Assembly: GCA_965218795.1 (NCBI GenBank)
Contig: OZ244653.1
Span: forward strand, 2,432,001 to 2,496,000
Direction of reading: 5' to 3'
DNA: 64,000 bases
From: a bacterium
Lineage (GTDB): Bacteria; UBA8248; JACPRG01; G963555815
Of the stretch, positions 9,197-20,311 are shown in pieces. The notes beneath the pieces are model-generated. The model worked only from the letters and a program-made list of their open reading frames with translations. It was not told the DNA's origin and ran no database searches. The position numbers and the translations under genes are program-made. How positions within the stretch are numbered: position 1 is the stretch's first letter; each line of letters starts with the position of its first letter.

Positions 9197-12169
9197 TCAT
9201 TTCATACGGTTGTCACTTAGAGCAGTGTGTCTCAAACAAGAAAATCTATCAATTTGAGAGGCTCGTGCCCGTCGAAGACCCGTTATGACTCTCTTGACGA
9301 AAGGGATTATATTTTCAAAGAAAAGACCAATCATGATAATGAAGGTCAAGAGCCACGCAAGAGACGGGTATCGGCCGCCAGGATGATACATGAGCAAAAC
9401 TGCATGTTGGCCGAGACAGGGCAACGCCAAGGACCGCAGATTCCAGGAAACCGCATTCCTGGCCAGGCCCGCCCAAACGACTATGCAGATTGCGATAGCG
9501 CGATACCAAGGGCCTATCCATTCTACCCAGTGATCGGTTATATGCCTTAGATTTCCTCCACCCAAATCAAATTCCACTATTTCCCGCATAGCGGCTAGAT
9601 AGACCTGGGGAGGTGTAACCAAGGTCGCCGTAAGAGTAGCTGACGTTGTGAGCGGCGCAAAAACGCCACCATACCAATAGTTGTGGAGCGGTATAAACAG
9701 AATTGGCAAAAAACCCAACGAGCCTATCAGCCATTCCCTTGTACGGCCCTCATGGAATAGCCTGAAACCTGCAACGAGAATGAGAATGCCCGCACCCGCA
9801 AGTGCATTTGGCCGCATGAAAACCGCAAGGGCCAATAGCATATTTCCAAACAAACCTTGTAGACAGTAATTGCCTTTTTCGCCGTTGATACCGGATAATA
9901 TAAAATAGATACTTCCTAGAAAAGCGATCCAAGCAAATGGTTCAGCAAGTCCGGCTTCGGCCCAAGCGATAAAAGTTTGATAGCGAAAGTAAAAGTCACC
10001 AAAAACCTGCCCGGCGTCTAATGTCTTCTTGAGAATCCATGGCCCCATAAACAACAGCGTGAATAATAAAGCCCATCTGAATGAAATGAACTTTCTGAAC
10101 ACATAATATATAAAAATAGGCAGAACCATTAAGACTGTAAGATATCCAAGATTGGTATCGCCAAAGACGAACTTTTCGAAAGCGCGAAAATATCTCAACC
10201 CAGGCATTTGGTGAAATATATTCTCCCCTCCCCGCAGGACTTCCAGAAGATCTCCTTTCAAGGCTGATATCAATCCCTGCCGCCCCAGGGTTTCATACCC
10301 CAGACCGTCGCCGCCTCCCAACAACGGCGTGTATTCCGCAATCAAACGTCCTCTTGTCTCCTGGGCTATTGTTCCCAAACCAAGGAGCGAGATGACGCCG
10401 GGAACCAGAATCCTTCGCAGAGAGAACTTCACGGTCAAAGCCAATATCGCTGCCGCCATGAGAACCCGGAACCATTTTTTGATGATCATCGAAAGCATAA
10501 GGGGTTCGGATAAAATCAAACGTATCGCGAGAGGCGTTCTTTTCTTTACTGAAATCCCGAAAATGCGCTTGCCCACATCGCTCTCGGTGATATCGCGGCA
10601 TTTCTCCCAGTCATGCTGGAGGTGTCGGAACGCAGCAGGGGTCGTTTCCCACAGCACGTCGCCCTGCCAGCAAAGCGAGCTTCCGACGGATTGCGGAGAC
10701 AACTCATACATGACGAAAAACGGCATTGTCCCGCGTTGAATGTCACTGGCATTGTCATACCAGGGATAACGGCTATCATTCACAAAACCGCCACGAAAGG
10801 CAGAAACATTCGAAAAATCTATGGTGTCTACGATACGTGAATACTTGGCTGACTGAAATATTGAATCCGCGGAAAAAACAAAAAGTTCATCTGGAACTTT
10901 GTAAGCGCGCCAACAACCCGTTGAAATGCTTTTACACCAAGCCGACGGTGGGTACTGCTCAAGAAACTGGCCCTTTAGAAATCGATAAACCCTCTTGGGC
11001 AGTAACCGCTCTAAAGGTTCGCCGTCCTGCTTGAAAATAAACACGTTATGGCCTTCCTGAAGAGCGGCTTTTGGAAAAAGCGCCTGGGCGGAAATTGATA
11101 TGATTATGAGAACGAAGACGACAAAGTAGCGCCAGCAACGTGTCTTGATCTTGCCGAAAACGATGATGAACCCTGAGATCAAAATAATGAAATAATCTCA
11201 CGGGTCATTAATGGGAAGAGTGATAACCGACGCGATCGCGAATAGAATGAATGATTTCAGACATCCATTGAACAGTACCTTTTTTGTATTCAGGGATTGC
11301 GGAGCGAGGTCTGATTCTTTTGCGACATCACGCTCAAACAACCTGAGTCGTGTCAGCATCTCCTGTTTTGTGAGTCGAGGCGTTAGGAAGTAAGCCGTCG
11401 AAAGAGCTACCACGCCGAACATCAACCCAGAGAGAACACCAGGCTGAACGTGAACGGCATAGGGAGACATCAGCTGGACAATCACGATGGCAAGGGATAG
11501 TACCCCAATGGGTAGGAGGACGATACCCGATGATTTCTCCTTCCATCCCCGCCTTTTGAACAGAAGCGCTATAAGAGCCCACACCGCCAGTAACCCTGTC
11601 AGGATAGCCCCAGACTTCACAAGGCTTTTATTCTCACGAGTTCCCTGATCGATCTTTACGAGGAGAAGAGAGCCAATGTTCAAGACATGGTTGCGGTAAT
11701 CGACCCGTCGAAGCAGCAACCGGCCATTCAAGGTCGGTTTGAATGAGACTTCGAGTGGTGATCCGGCTTGGACAAAAGGAGTTTCGACACTTGTTAATCC
11801 CCATCCTGGGTTAGGCGTCAGTTGACCAACCCTCTCCCCGGACAGCTGGACTTCGGCTGACTCTTTTCCTTCGAGGACATAATAGAAGGTAAGCTGGTAA
11901 GTGTCGGAAGCCTCGAATGATAATCTTAAACTGGGGCGCGGAACTCGACTCTCAATAGCGAAATCTCTACCGTATCTAAGGCCGGGTTGGCTCCAGTCAC
12001 CCGAAACAGCAAGCTCTCCTGGATCCAGTTTTCGGTGGCGCTTCCGTAACTCTGAGTCGGCACACAGATGAAAAGCGAGCGTTGCGCAGAGCAGGGAAAG
12101 AGGTGGGAGAAGGAAGAAGATACGACTCCGAAATACGGTCTTATTCAACAAGTTTTGGCCTTTCTTCAT
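9197..12169 (-). pseudogene. Large multi-pass membrane protein (GT-C/ArnT-like) split by one in-frame TGA at 11198-11200
   Basis: ORFs 11198..12373 and 9197..11182 share a frame and are separated only by TGA (LPINDP*DYFIILISG); many TM segments, GGGDG, AEP, MRPN; visibly AT-richer than flanks. Confidence 0.65.
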
Positions 12170-12186
12170 CAAAGAAGAGAATCCAC

Positions 12187-12408
12187 CCCGTGGGTCTGAA
12201 AGCGGCGCTTGTACTCGTAGAACTGGTTGCGGCTCATGCCCCGCCGCCGGCAGGCCTCCGATACGTTGCCTAGGGCCTCGGCCAGTTGCAGGGCGCTGAG
12301 TCGCTGCTTTACAACCTTCTTTTTTGCCGCCCTCCCTTTCTGTCATCCGGGGGTTCTCGTTCCCTCTTTGCAAAATATCATTGGTTCGGGAAGATGCCTA
12401 GCCGTACA
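12187..12408 (-). mobile_element. IS481-family left end with transposase N-terminal HTH remnant
   Basis: End TGTACGGCTAGGCATCTTCCCGAACC; QRLSALQLAEALGNVSEACRRRGMSRNQFYEYKRRF. Confidence 0.8.
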
Positions 12409-12510
12409 ATCTCGATTTCCTGAAGACCTGGAAGGCTTGCTACGGCGTCAAGGTCTATACCTTTTATCCCATGACGAATCACGTTCATCTCCTGATGAAG
12501 CCCGGTGAGT
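12409..12510 (+). pseudogene. REP-associated tyrosine transposase (RAYT/Y1 HUH) fragment
   Basis: YGVKVYTFYPMTNHVHLLM, HUH motif. Confidence 0.7.
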
Positions 12511-12698
12511 CCTGTCACGCTCCTTCCGCCGAACGAAACCTGTGGCTTGTCGTCCAGCGGTTCTCGCGATTGATGTCATTGAAGAACGGGATTCTCCATC
12601 GATTGGAATTCCTTTGAGCACGAATTCGAATTGATCGCATTCCACCCCATGATGGGTTAACATAGTGTTGGATGAAATCAGCCATTCGGAGACCACCC

Positions 12699-13611
12699 AT
12701 GTTGATCGAACGCGTTGACGGCTATGCCTCTCATCCCGGCGCTCGTCCGCTCGTCGAGGAGCAGCCGCAGCTGGACCCCGCCGAGATCCCGTGGGCTCCG
12801 CTTCGCAAGCCGCTCACCGAGAGCGTCGTCTCCATGATCTCCTCGGCCGCCATTCACCTAAAGACGGACTCCCCTTTCGATTACGACCGGGAATGGGAAG
12901 TACCCACCTGCGGGGGACCCGTCTTACCGAGAGATACCGAGCCTCGCCGGACAGGACGACGTCGAGTACAGCCACGCCCACATCGATACGAGCTATATGG
13001 CTGAGGACCGCAATGTCGCCTGGCCGGTGGATGTCTTCCGGGAGTTTGAAGGGAAAGGACTCATCGGGCGTTTGGCGGAAACCTTGTACTCCATTTACGG
13101 GTACCTACCCAACCCTTGCTCCCTGCTCACCGAAACGGCCCCCCGTATCATCGCCGGAATGTAATTGGAGGGAGTGGATGCCGTATTTCTGTTTCCCGTC
13201 TGACCGATATGCACGAGGTCCGTGGGGCTTCTTCAGAGGGAAATCAAGCGCGCGGGAATACCGACCATTTCCATCAGCAATGTCCCCGAGATGACACAAC
13301 GGGTGTGCGCTCCTCGCGCCGTATTCATCCAATATCCCTTTGGACGGCTGTTGGGGGGCGTGGGAGACCGGGAGGGCCAGCAAACGATTGGCTCACACAT
13401 GGTGGAATGGCTCGCCTCAGCCGACAGACGCAACAGCTATTTGCATCTGCCCTATGAATGGCCGGAACCTCCCGATGAGACGAAATGGCGGTCCGATGAG
13501 CCTCCGCCGATTGGACGTCAGGCCGAAGCGGAGGGTGTACGGATTGGGGATATGGTGACGAAAGCTATGCAGGAGGCGGAAGTGGAACTGCTTCGGCTGG
13601 CGTCCGGGTAG
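12699..13611 (+). pseudogene. PrdB/GrdB-like selenoprotein paralogue, decayed
   Basis: Colinear with 13698..14591; +1 frameshift ~12911, TAA at 13162, TGA at 13201 in FLFPV-U-PICTRSVGLLQRE. Confidence 0.85.
13215..13231 (+). promoter_or_regulatory. Candidate bacterial SECIS hairpin (copy 1)
   Basis: GAGGTCC-GTG-GGGCTTC beginning 11 nt after the TGA at 13201. Confidence 0.55.
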
Positions 13612-13697
13612 CGGCGTCCAGAGGCGAGCGGATATCGGGGGAGTCGAAGGAATCCATTCTCCGGACGCGGGTTGACGATTTCCAAGGTGGACGGCCC

Positions 13698-14591
13698 ATG
13701 GCCATTCAAGAAGTCGACAGCTTTTATTTTCATCCCGGGATGAAGGACTACGTACTGCCCCTCCGACACGCGGATCCCGCGGGCACGCCCTGGACCCCGC
13801 TTCCAAAGCCGCTGGCGGAGTGCTGTGTGACGCTTGTCTCATCTGCCGGCATCCGCCTCCAGGGGGATACCCCGTTCGACCTCGACCGTGAACGGCGTGA
13901 GCCGACCTGGGGGGACCCCACCCACCGGGAGATCCCGAGGTCCGCCGGTCAGGACGATGTGGAATATACCCATATGCACATCGCCACTGGTTACCTTGAA
14001 AAAGACCGGAATGTCTCCTGGCCCGTGGATCGGTTTCTGGAATTCGAGCGGGAAGGGAAAATCGGGCGGGTGGCCGATACGCTTTACTCCATTTACGGGT
14101 ACGTACCGAACTTTCATCCGCTTCTGAAGCGGACCGCCCCGAAGATGATTGCCCGGATGAAAGAGGAAGGTGTGGATGCGGCCTTTCTCTTTCCCGTTTG
14201 ACCGATTTGTCCACGGTCCGTCGGACTGCTTCAGCGAAAGCTCGAGGAAGCGGGAATCTCCACCGTCTCGATCAGCAACGTTCCGGAAATCACCTTTCGG
14301 GTATGCGTGCCCCGGGCGGTTTTCATTCAGTATCCGTTCGGTCGGTTGCTCGGCGACGTTGGGGACACCGCGGGACAGCGGCGCATCTGTGAGGACATGC
14401 TCGAAGTTCTCGCCACGTCGAAAGCGCCAAATACCTGCCGGCATCTTCCATATGACTGGCCCGAATCGGCGGAAGAGACCCGATGGCGGCCCGATGAATC
14501 GCCGCCGCTCGGGAGCTATGCGCGGTCGAAGGGGCTGGACCTGCCGAAAACGCTGGTGGAGGCCATGCGCGATGAGGAACGGGAAGGGTAG
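13698..14591 (+). CDS. Glycine/sarcosine/betaine/D-proline reductase selenoprotein B-like protein (297 aa with Sec)
   Basis: PWTPLPKPLAECCVTLVSSAG, DRNVSWPVDR, GVDAAFLFPV-TGA(14199)-PICPRSVGLLQRKLEEAGISTVSIS...VPRAVFIQYPFGRLLG; frame is continuous across the TGA. Confidence 0.88.
14214..14228 (+). promoter_or_regulatory. Candidate bacterial SECIS hairpin (copy 2)
   Basis: CGGTCC-GTC-GGACTG beginning 12 nt after the TGA; loop starts with GT. Confidence 0.6.
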
Positions 14592-14713
14592 GGTTCCTTC
14601 TGATTTCTCAGTGCAAAACGGCTGAACGAGATATTCTGCGGGAGAGGAGGGATCCGGTCCATCCTTCAATGGCCGGGCGGGATTCAGGAATCGGCCCGAA
14701 GGGGTTGTCGCGA

Positions 14714-15199
14714 TCAGTGCTTTGCGGGGGCCGGATCCCGTTCGGCGGCTTTCAAGATGGCATCGATGATTTCATAGTAGCTTGTGCATCGGCAGAGGTT
14801 GCCGGCCATGTAGCGGCGGATTTCCGGTTCAGCGGGTCGGGGATTTTCATTCAAAAGAGCCCGGGCGGTCATGATCATGCCCGGCGTGCAGTATCCGCAT
14901 TGGAAGGCCCCGGTTTCGATGAACGCTTCCTGGACGGGGTCGAGTTCTCCGTCCCGGGCCAAACCCTCCGTCGTGACGATTTCCGTCCCGTCCGCCAGCA
15001 GCGCCAGCTGCACGCACGTGGCGACCGGCTGCCCGTTTTCCAGGACCGTACACGCCCCGCAGATTCCCAGCCCGCACACTTCCCGCGGACCCGTCTTCTT
15101 GAGCTGCTTGACCAGGACGTCACAGAGCGTTTGATGATTTCGGACCGGGAGGGTATAGGACTTCCCGTCCACAGTCATTTGAATATCCGTTTCGTTCAA
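14714..15199 (-). CDS. Mo-hydroxylase 2x[2Fe-2S] small subunit (CoxS/XdhC-like)
   Basis: CGLGICGACTV, QCGYCTPG, GNLCRCT; probable TTG start at 15199 after AGGAG. Confidence 0.93.
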   Translation of the reverse strand: MNETDIQMTVDGKSYTLPVRNHQTLCDVLVKQLKKTGPREVCGLGICGACTVLENGQPVATCVQLALLADGTEIVTTEGLARDGELDPVQEAFIETGAFQCGYCTPGMIMTARALLNENPRPAEPEIRRYMAGNLCRCTSYYEIIDAILKAAERDPAPAKH

Positions 15200-15248
15200 G
15201 GGGTCTGGACTCCTGAAGGTTGATGGCTCCGGCTCCGAAGAGCGGGTT

Positions 15249-17597
15249 TCATTTGGAGTTCCCGCCTTCCTTTTCCTTGAGCGCGCGCAGAACCTTTTCC
15301 GGCGTAATGGGGAGGTCGTGTATCCGTACCCCGATCGCGTCGTAGATGGCGTTGGCGATGGCCGGCCCCGTCGGGGTGATGGAGGTCTCCCCGGTTCCCT
15401 TGGCGCCAAAGGGTCCGTCCTTGTGTGGCGTCTCTATAATGATGTTTTCCATGACGGCCGGAATCTCTTCGAACGAGGGCAGCACGTAATCGGATAAGTT
15501 GGGATTGATCGGCTGTCCGTTATCGAAGTTGAGCGATTCATAAAGCGTCTGACCGTAGGCCATCATGGAGGACCCTGCAATCTGTTCTTCGCATCGAAGC
15601 GGATTGAGGGCCTTACCGACGTCGATGGAGTTGATCAGCTTTCGGACCCTGACCTGTCCGGTCTCGGTGTCCACCTCGACCTCTGCCGCGCCGGCCCCCA
15701 CGAACCAGAACACCGCCGTGAGCTCCCCTTCGGCCTGGCCCGTGTCGAAATTCAGCTTGCCGCCTTCCACCTTGTACAGGCCCGTGCCCAGAAGATCCCC
15801 GCCGTTCATCCTGAAGTATCCCTGGACCGCCTCGCGGAAGGTCAGAGACCGATCGGGCGCCCCTTCGACCCAGATCTTCCCGCCGCCCGTCCGCAGCTCT
15901 CCCGGGTCGGCCTCGAGCTGTTCGGCGGCGATCGCGATCACCAGCTCGCGGATGGCCATCGAAGCCTTCTGAACGGCTCCGCCCACATGAAACGTCGAGC
16001 GGGAGGAGTTGGTCATCTGATCGTACGGGGTGTAATCCGTGTCCTGGTGGGTGACGATCACCTCATCGTACCGGACGCCGAGCGTTTCAGCCGCAATCTG
16101 GGCCATGACCGTGTTGGAGCCCTGGCCCATATCCACGGCGCTGGCCACGACGTTGACGCTTCCGTCGTCGTTGAGCTTCATGTAGGCGCTTGAGGTCGTG
16201 GGCGTGGCCGTGCTCTTGATTGTCACGGACAAGCCCTTGCCCACCTTGACCTTTGGGTTCCGTGCGGGCGCCGCCGGCGATGCCCATTGGATCGCCTCCG
16301 CGGCCTTCCGCAGGCTTTCCTTGAACCCGACGGCGTGCATCTTCGAACCGGTGGCGAACGTGTCTCCGTCGTCCAGCAGATTCATCATCCGGAATTCGTA
16401 GGGATCGATCCCGAGCTCTTCGGCCAGGCGGTCCATCTGATTTTCGTAGGCCCAGGAGACCTGCGCAACGCCGAAGCCGCGGAAGGGGCCGGCGGACGGC
16501 TTATTGGTGAGTACGCAATAGGCGTCCACCCGCACGTGCTCCCACTTGTACGGACCGCAGGAAACGTAACCCGAGTTCTTCGTGACCCGGGGACCGATAT
16601 CGGCATAAGCCCCCGTGTCCATCCGGTTGGTCATTTGCCGGGCGACGAGCCGGCCGTCCTGCATGACGCCGGTCTTGACCGTGACGACCGATGCGTGCTT
16701 CACGCAGGTCAGAAAGGTTTCTTCCCGGGAAAGCATCATCCGGACGGGGCGCCGGGACTTGATGGCAAGGCAGGAGACCAGCGGCTCCAGCCGCGCGTAG
16801 GTCTTCGAACCGTAGCCCCCGCCCACATAGGTGACTTCCACCCGGACATCGCTGACCGGCACCTTCAGGCAGTGGGCGGTCTCCTGACGGGCCAGAAAAG
16901 GATTCTGGTTGCTCGTCCAGATGTGCATGCGCCCGTCGGCTTCCTGTCGGGCGATTGTGATGAACGGCTCAAAGGTGACGTGCTGGGTGGTTGGAGTGGA
17001 ATACGTTTCCTCGATCACGAGATCGCTTTTACCGAACCCTTCCTCGACGTCGCCGTTTCGGAGGATGAAATGATTGCAGATGTTTGTCCCCGGGACCGGC
17101 CGCACGGTCTTCAGGTCGGCGAATCCGATGGGAGGGAGCTCCATTGTTTCGTGGACGAGCGGCGCGTCCTCCTTGAGCGCGTCCAGGACGTTGGTGACGG
17201 CGGGAAGCCCCTCATATTCGACTTCGATGAGTTCCAGCGCCTCATCCAGAATGTCCTCGTCCTCCGCCACGACGGCCGCGACGGGGTCGCCGACGAAGCG
17301 GACCTTGTCGAAGCAGATAATCGGCTGGTCGTAGTAAACAGGCCCGAAGGTCGGGAAGTACGGTCCCAGGTCGTCCCGGGTGAAGGCGCAGACCACGCCG
17401 GGAAGATTTTCCGCTTTCGAAGCGTCGACGCTCAGGATCCGGGCGTGAGGGTAAGGGCTCCGGAGCGCCCGGGCGTGGACCATGTCCGGAATCTCGACGT
17501 GGGTCGTGTAGATCCCGTCTCCCCGCACCTTCATCTCGGCCTCGGGGCGTATTTCGCTCTTCCCTATGGTTTGGAAGGGGCTGGCCGGTTCATTCAT
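15249..17597 (-). CDS. Xanthine dehydrogenase-family molybdopterin-binding large subunit
   Basis: RSPYPHA, GGGYGSK, PFRGFG, DMGQG, GPFGAKGTGE. Confidence 0.95.
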   Translation of the reverse strand: MNEPASPFQTIGKSEIRPEAEMKVRGDGIYTTHVEIPDMVHARALRSPYPHARILSVDASKAENLPGVVCAFTRDDLGPYFPTFGPVYYDQPIICFDKVRFVGDPVAAVVAEDEDILDEALELIEVEYEGLPAVTNVLDALKEDAPLVHETMELPPIGFADLKTVRPVPGTNICNHFILRNGDVEEGFGKSDLVIEETYSTPTTQHVTFEPFITIARQEADGRMHIWTSNQNPFLARQETAHCLKVPVSDVRVEVTYVGGGYGSKTYARLEPLVSCLAIKSRRPVRMMLSREETFLTCVKHASVVTVKTGVMQDGRLVARQMTNRMDTGAYADIGPRVTKNSGYVSCGPYKWEHVRVDAYCVLTNKPSAGPFRGFGVAQVSWAYENQMDRLAEELGIDPYEFRMMNLLDDGDTFATGSKMHAVGFKESLRKAAEAIQWASPAAPARNPKVKVGKGLSVTIKSTATPTTSSAYMKLNDDGSVNVVASAVDMGQGSNTVMAQIAAETLGVRYDEVIVTHQDTDYTPYDQMTNSSRSTFHVGGAVQKASMAIRELVIAIAAEQLEADPGELRTGGGKIWVEGAPDRSLTFREAVQGYFRMNGGDLLGTGLYKVEGGKLNFDTGQAEGELTAVFWFVGAGAAEVEVDTETGQVRVRKLINSIDVGKALNPLRCEEQIAGSSMMAYGQTLYESLNFDNGQPINPNLSDYVLPSFEEIPAVMENIIIETPHKDGPFGAKGTGETSITPTGPAIANAIYDAIGVRIHDLPITPEKVLRALKEKEGGNSK

Positions 17598-18487
17598 GTG
17601 ATGTCCCTCCCCAGAGCCTTTTGAAGGGCGCGGCGGGCGAAGACCGGGACCAATTCCCGTTTGTACCAGGCGGAGCCCCGGCTGTCGCTCATGCACTCCA
17701 CTTGGTCATAGCAATGGGCGGCCGCGTCTTCGATCAGGCGGTCGTCCAGTGGATGTCCGCCGGCTCGTTCGCCCAATCCCTCCACGCGGTGGGGGATCTC
17801 GGTGGCCGAGCCAAAGATCAAATCGAGAGACCGGCAGACGTCGTCGCTCTCCTGCACGAAGGCCGCCACGCCGAGGCACGGCCAGTCGGTTGAGGTGGTC
17901 GGGCAGTATTTCATGTAGGCGGAGCGAAGGCCCGAATCGGGCAGGGGGATTGTCACCTCCGTCAAAACCTCATCCGGCTCCAGGGCTGTTTCCAGGTACC
18001 CCGTAAAGAACTCGGATGCGGGGATCCGGCGCTCCGCCCGGGCGCTCCGCACCGTCATGTCCGCCCCAAGGCCGATCAGGACCGGGGGCGGATCGGAATG
18101 CGGATCACCGTGCGCAAGCTCTCCGCCGAGCGTCCCCAACGTGCGGATGCGCACGTTGGCGATGCCGCCGAAGGTTTCGGAGAGGACAGGGCAGTGCCGG
18201 CGCACGAGGGGAGAAGACTCGACGGACCGGTGCAGGACGGAGGCGCCGATCTTCATGACCCCGCCATCCATGGTGATTTCGTCCAGACCCGGAACCGCCT
18301 TCATGCCGACCAGGCGGACGGGCTTGAACAGCCGTTGCTTGATCAGGATGCTGAGGGCGACGCCTCCGGCAACGAGCTTGACCCTGTCATCGCCAGACGC
18401 AATTTGCCCGCAGACATCCTCGAGGCTTTCCGGACGGACAAATTCAAATCCCGCCAATCGAATGGGCTCCTGAATCAATCGGCTCAT
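17594..18487 (-). CDS. Mo-hydroxylase FAD-binding medium subunit (CoxM-like)
   Basis: VAGG, IRTLGTLGG, DPHSD, DSRGSAWYKR; stop overlaps start of large subunit. Confidence 0.93.
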   Translation of the reverse strand: MSRLIQEPIRLAGFEFVRPESLEDVCGQIASGDDRVKLVAGGVALSILIKQRLFKPVRLVGMKAVPGLDEITMDGGVMKIGASVLHRSVESSPLVRRHCPVLSETFGGIANVRIRTLGTLGGELAHGDPHSDPPPVLIGLGADMTVRSARAERRIPASEFFTGYLETALEPDEVLTEVTIPLPDSGLRSAYMKYCPTTSTDWPCLGVAAFVQESDDVCRSLDLIFGSATEIPHRVEGLGERAGGHPLDDRLIEDAAAHCYDQVECMSDSRGSAWYKRELVPVFARRALQKALGRDIT

Positions 18488-18619
18488 GACCGAAAAACGA
18501 AAGGACGCCGCCCGATATGGATGCTCCGGCGGCATTCTGCGTAAGGCGTTATTATACACGAGCTTGGGACCGGGCGCCGCGGGACACCCAACCCGGGATG
18601 GATCTGCTACGATGAGCGC

Positions 18620-18985
18620 ATGGGCATCGAGTGCATCAGCGCGATAACCCTGGCCACCCATGATATGGGCCGCGCGGTTCGTTTTTACCGGGCCCTTGGG
18701 TTCGAGATGATTTACGGAGGAGAAGGAGCATCGTTTACCAGCCTTCACGCGGGGACCGGCTACCTGAATCTTCTGCTCCAGCCGGCGGACCGGACCTGGT
18801 CGTGGTGGGGCCGGGTCATCTTCTACACGTCCGACGTGGATGCCCTTTACGACCGCGCCGTTGAAGAAGGTCTCCGGCCGGACACGGAACCGCGCGACGC
18901 TCCGTGGGGGGAGCGTTTCTTTCATATCACCGATCCGGACGGTCACGAGATCAGCTTCGCCAAACGGTTGGACACGGCCGCCTGA
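18620..18985 (+). CDS. VOC/glyoxalase family protein
   Basis: DMGRAVRFYRALG, PWGERFFHITDPDGHEISF. Confidence 0.92.
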   Translation: MGIECISAITLATHDMGRAVRFYRALGFEMIYGGEGASFTSLHAGTGYLNLLLQPADRTWSWWGRVIFYTSDVDALYDRAVEEGLRPDTEPRDAPWGERFFHITDPDGHEISFAKRLDTAA

Positions 18986-19050
18986 GCCGCCCCGTTGGGT
19001 GATCGCTCCTTTCCAATCGAAAAGGGTGCGGCTCCTTCACGAGAACCCGG

Positions 19051-19884
19051 ATGATGAGCAGTCCCGAACCCATTGAGCACAGTCCCTTCAAGGATATGGA
19101 GAGAGCCGGTTGGGAAACGGTGGCTGCTCAATATCACGATCTGTGGTCCAACCTTACGAAGCAATCCATCGAGCCTCTGCTGGATGTGGTGTCAGCGGAG
19201 GAGGGAAGGCGCGTCCTGGATGTCGCCACGGGTCCCGGGTACGCGGCGGCGGTTGCGGCAAGGCGCGGCGCGGAGGTGATCGGTATCGATTTTTCGTCGG
19301 CGCAGGTGGCCCTGGCGAAAGAAAGCTATCCCGATGTCGATTTTCTGCAGGGGGACGCCGAAGACCTGCCGTTTCCGGATGAGGCCTTCGACGCGCTCGT
19401 CATGAACTACGGAATGCTTCACTTGGCGCATCCGGATCGGGCGGTTTCCGAGGCCCACCGGGTCTTGAAGAGCGGGGGCGGGTTCGGCTTCACGGTCTGG
19501 GCGAATCCCGATGAGCCCGTGGGATTGTCGCTGGTTCGCACGGCCATCGAGGCCCACGGAAACCCGGACGTCCCGCTTCCTCCCGGCCCCCCCTTCTTCC
19601 GCTTCAGCGACGCGGATGAATCCCGCCGCGTCCTGATCAGGGCGGGTTTTGAGGCCCCTGAGGTCGCTCAACTGCCGCAGATCTGGAAAGTTCCCAGCGT
19701 CGATACGCTGCTTACGGCCATGCTGGAGGCGACGGTTCGGACGAGGGCGCTTCTTCTGATGCAAACCCCTGAGACGGTTCAGGCGATTCGGATGGCGATG
19801 GCTGAGGCGGCCGGTCCGTTTATGCGGGAAGGAGGGTTGGAGATTCCCTCGCCCGCCGTTTTGGCATCGGCCGTCAAGCCTTGA
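19051..19884 (+). CDS. Class I SAM-dependent methyltransferase
   Basis: VLDVATGPG, GDAEDLPFPDEAFD, HRVLKSGG. Confidence 0.92.
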   Translation: MMSSPEPIEHSPFKDMERAGWETVAAQYHDLWSNLTKQSIEPLLDVVSAEEGRRVLDVATGPGYAAAVAARRGAEVIGIDFSSAQVALAKESYPDVDFLQGDAEDLPFPDEAFDALVMNYGMLHLAHPDRAVSEAHRVLKSGGGFGFTVWANPDEPVGLSLVRTAIEAHGNPDVPLPPGPPFFRFSDADESRRVLIRAGFEAPEVAQLPQIWKVPSVDTLLTAMLEATVRTRALLLMQTPETVQAIRMAMAEAAGPFMREGGLEIPSPAVLASAVKP

Positions 19885-20311
19885 GCCTGGAAGCCAGGTT
19901 GAATGAATGTCGGCATTCATTGAGATTCCCTCGGGCACCAGGAGGGCAGACCTGGGGACAAAGCATGCTGAACATCGAGCTGATCGGTCTCCGGCGGTTC
20001 AAGAGCTTTCTCTTCTTCGTCTCCGTTCCCGGATTCGGGGCCGCTCACCAGCAGGCCGGCATTCGGGTCCCGTTCACATCGATCTGGATGTCTTGCTCTC
20101 GTTCATCGGGGTTCCCCCTGGGCGTCCACGTATGGCGGTCTTCGTATCCCTCGCTCGACACGATGGTTGCAATCGTTCAACTTCACAACGTCCCGATGAA
20201 CAAAGCTGTTTATTCCGGGCGAGGAGTTCCGCCTCAACGGGGATAGAATGGGACGAGGACGTTTGAGGAGATGGACATCCCGTCGCTGCGGGATAGAGGT
20301 GAGGTGTACGA

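Noticed and set aside
11198-11200. In-frame TGA as selenocysteine
   Set aside because: Transmembrane context, no redox motif, no canonical SECIS; nonsense mutation is simpler
15249-17597. Aerobic CO dehydrogenase (coxL)
   Set aside because: Lacks AYxCSFR and AYxGAGR; has PFRGFG
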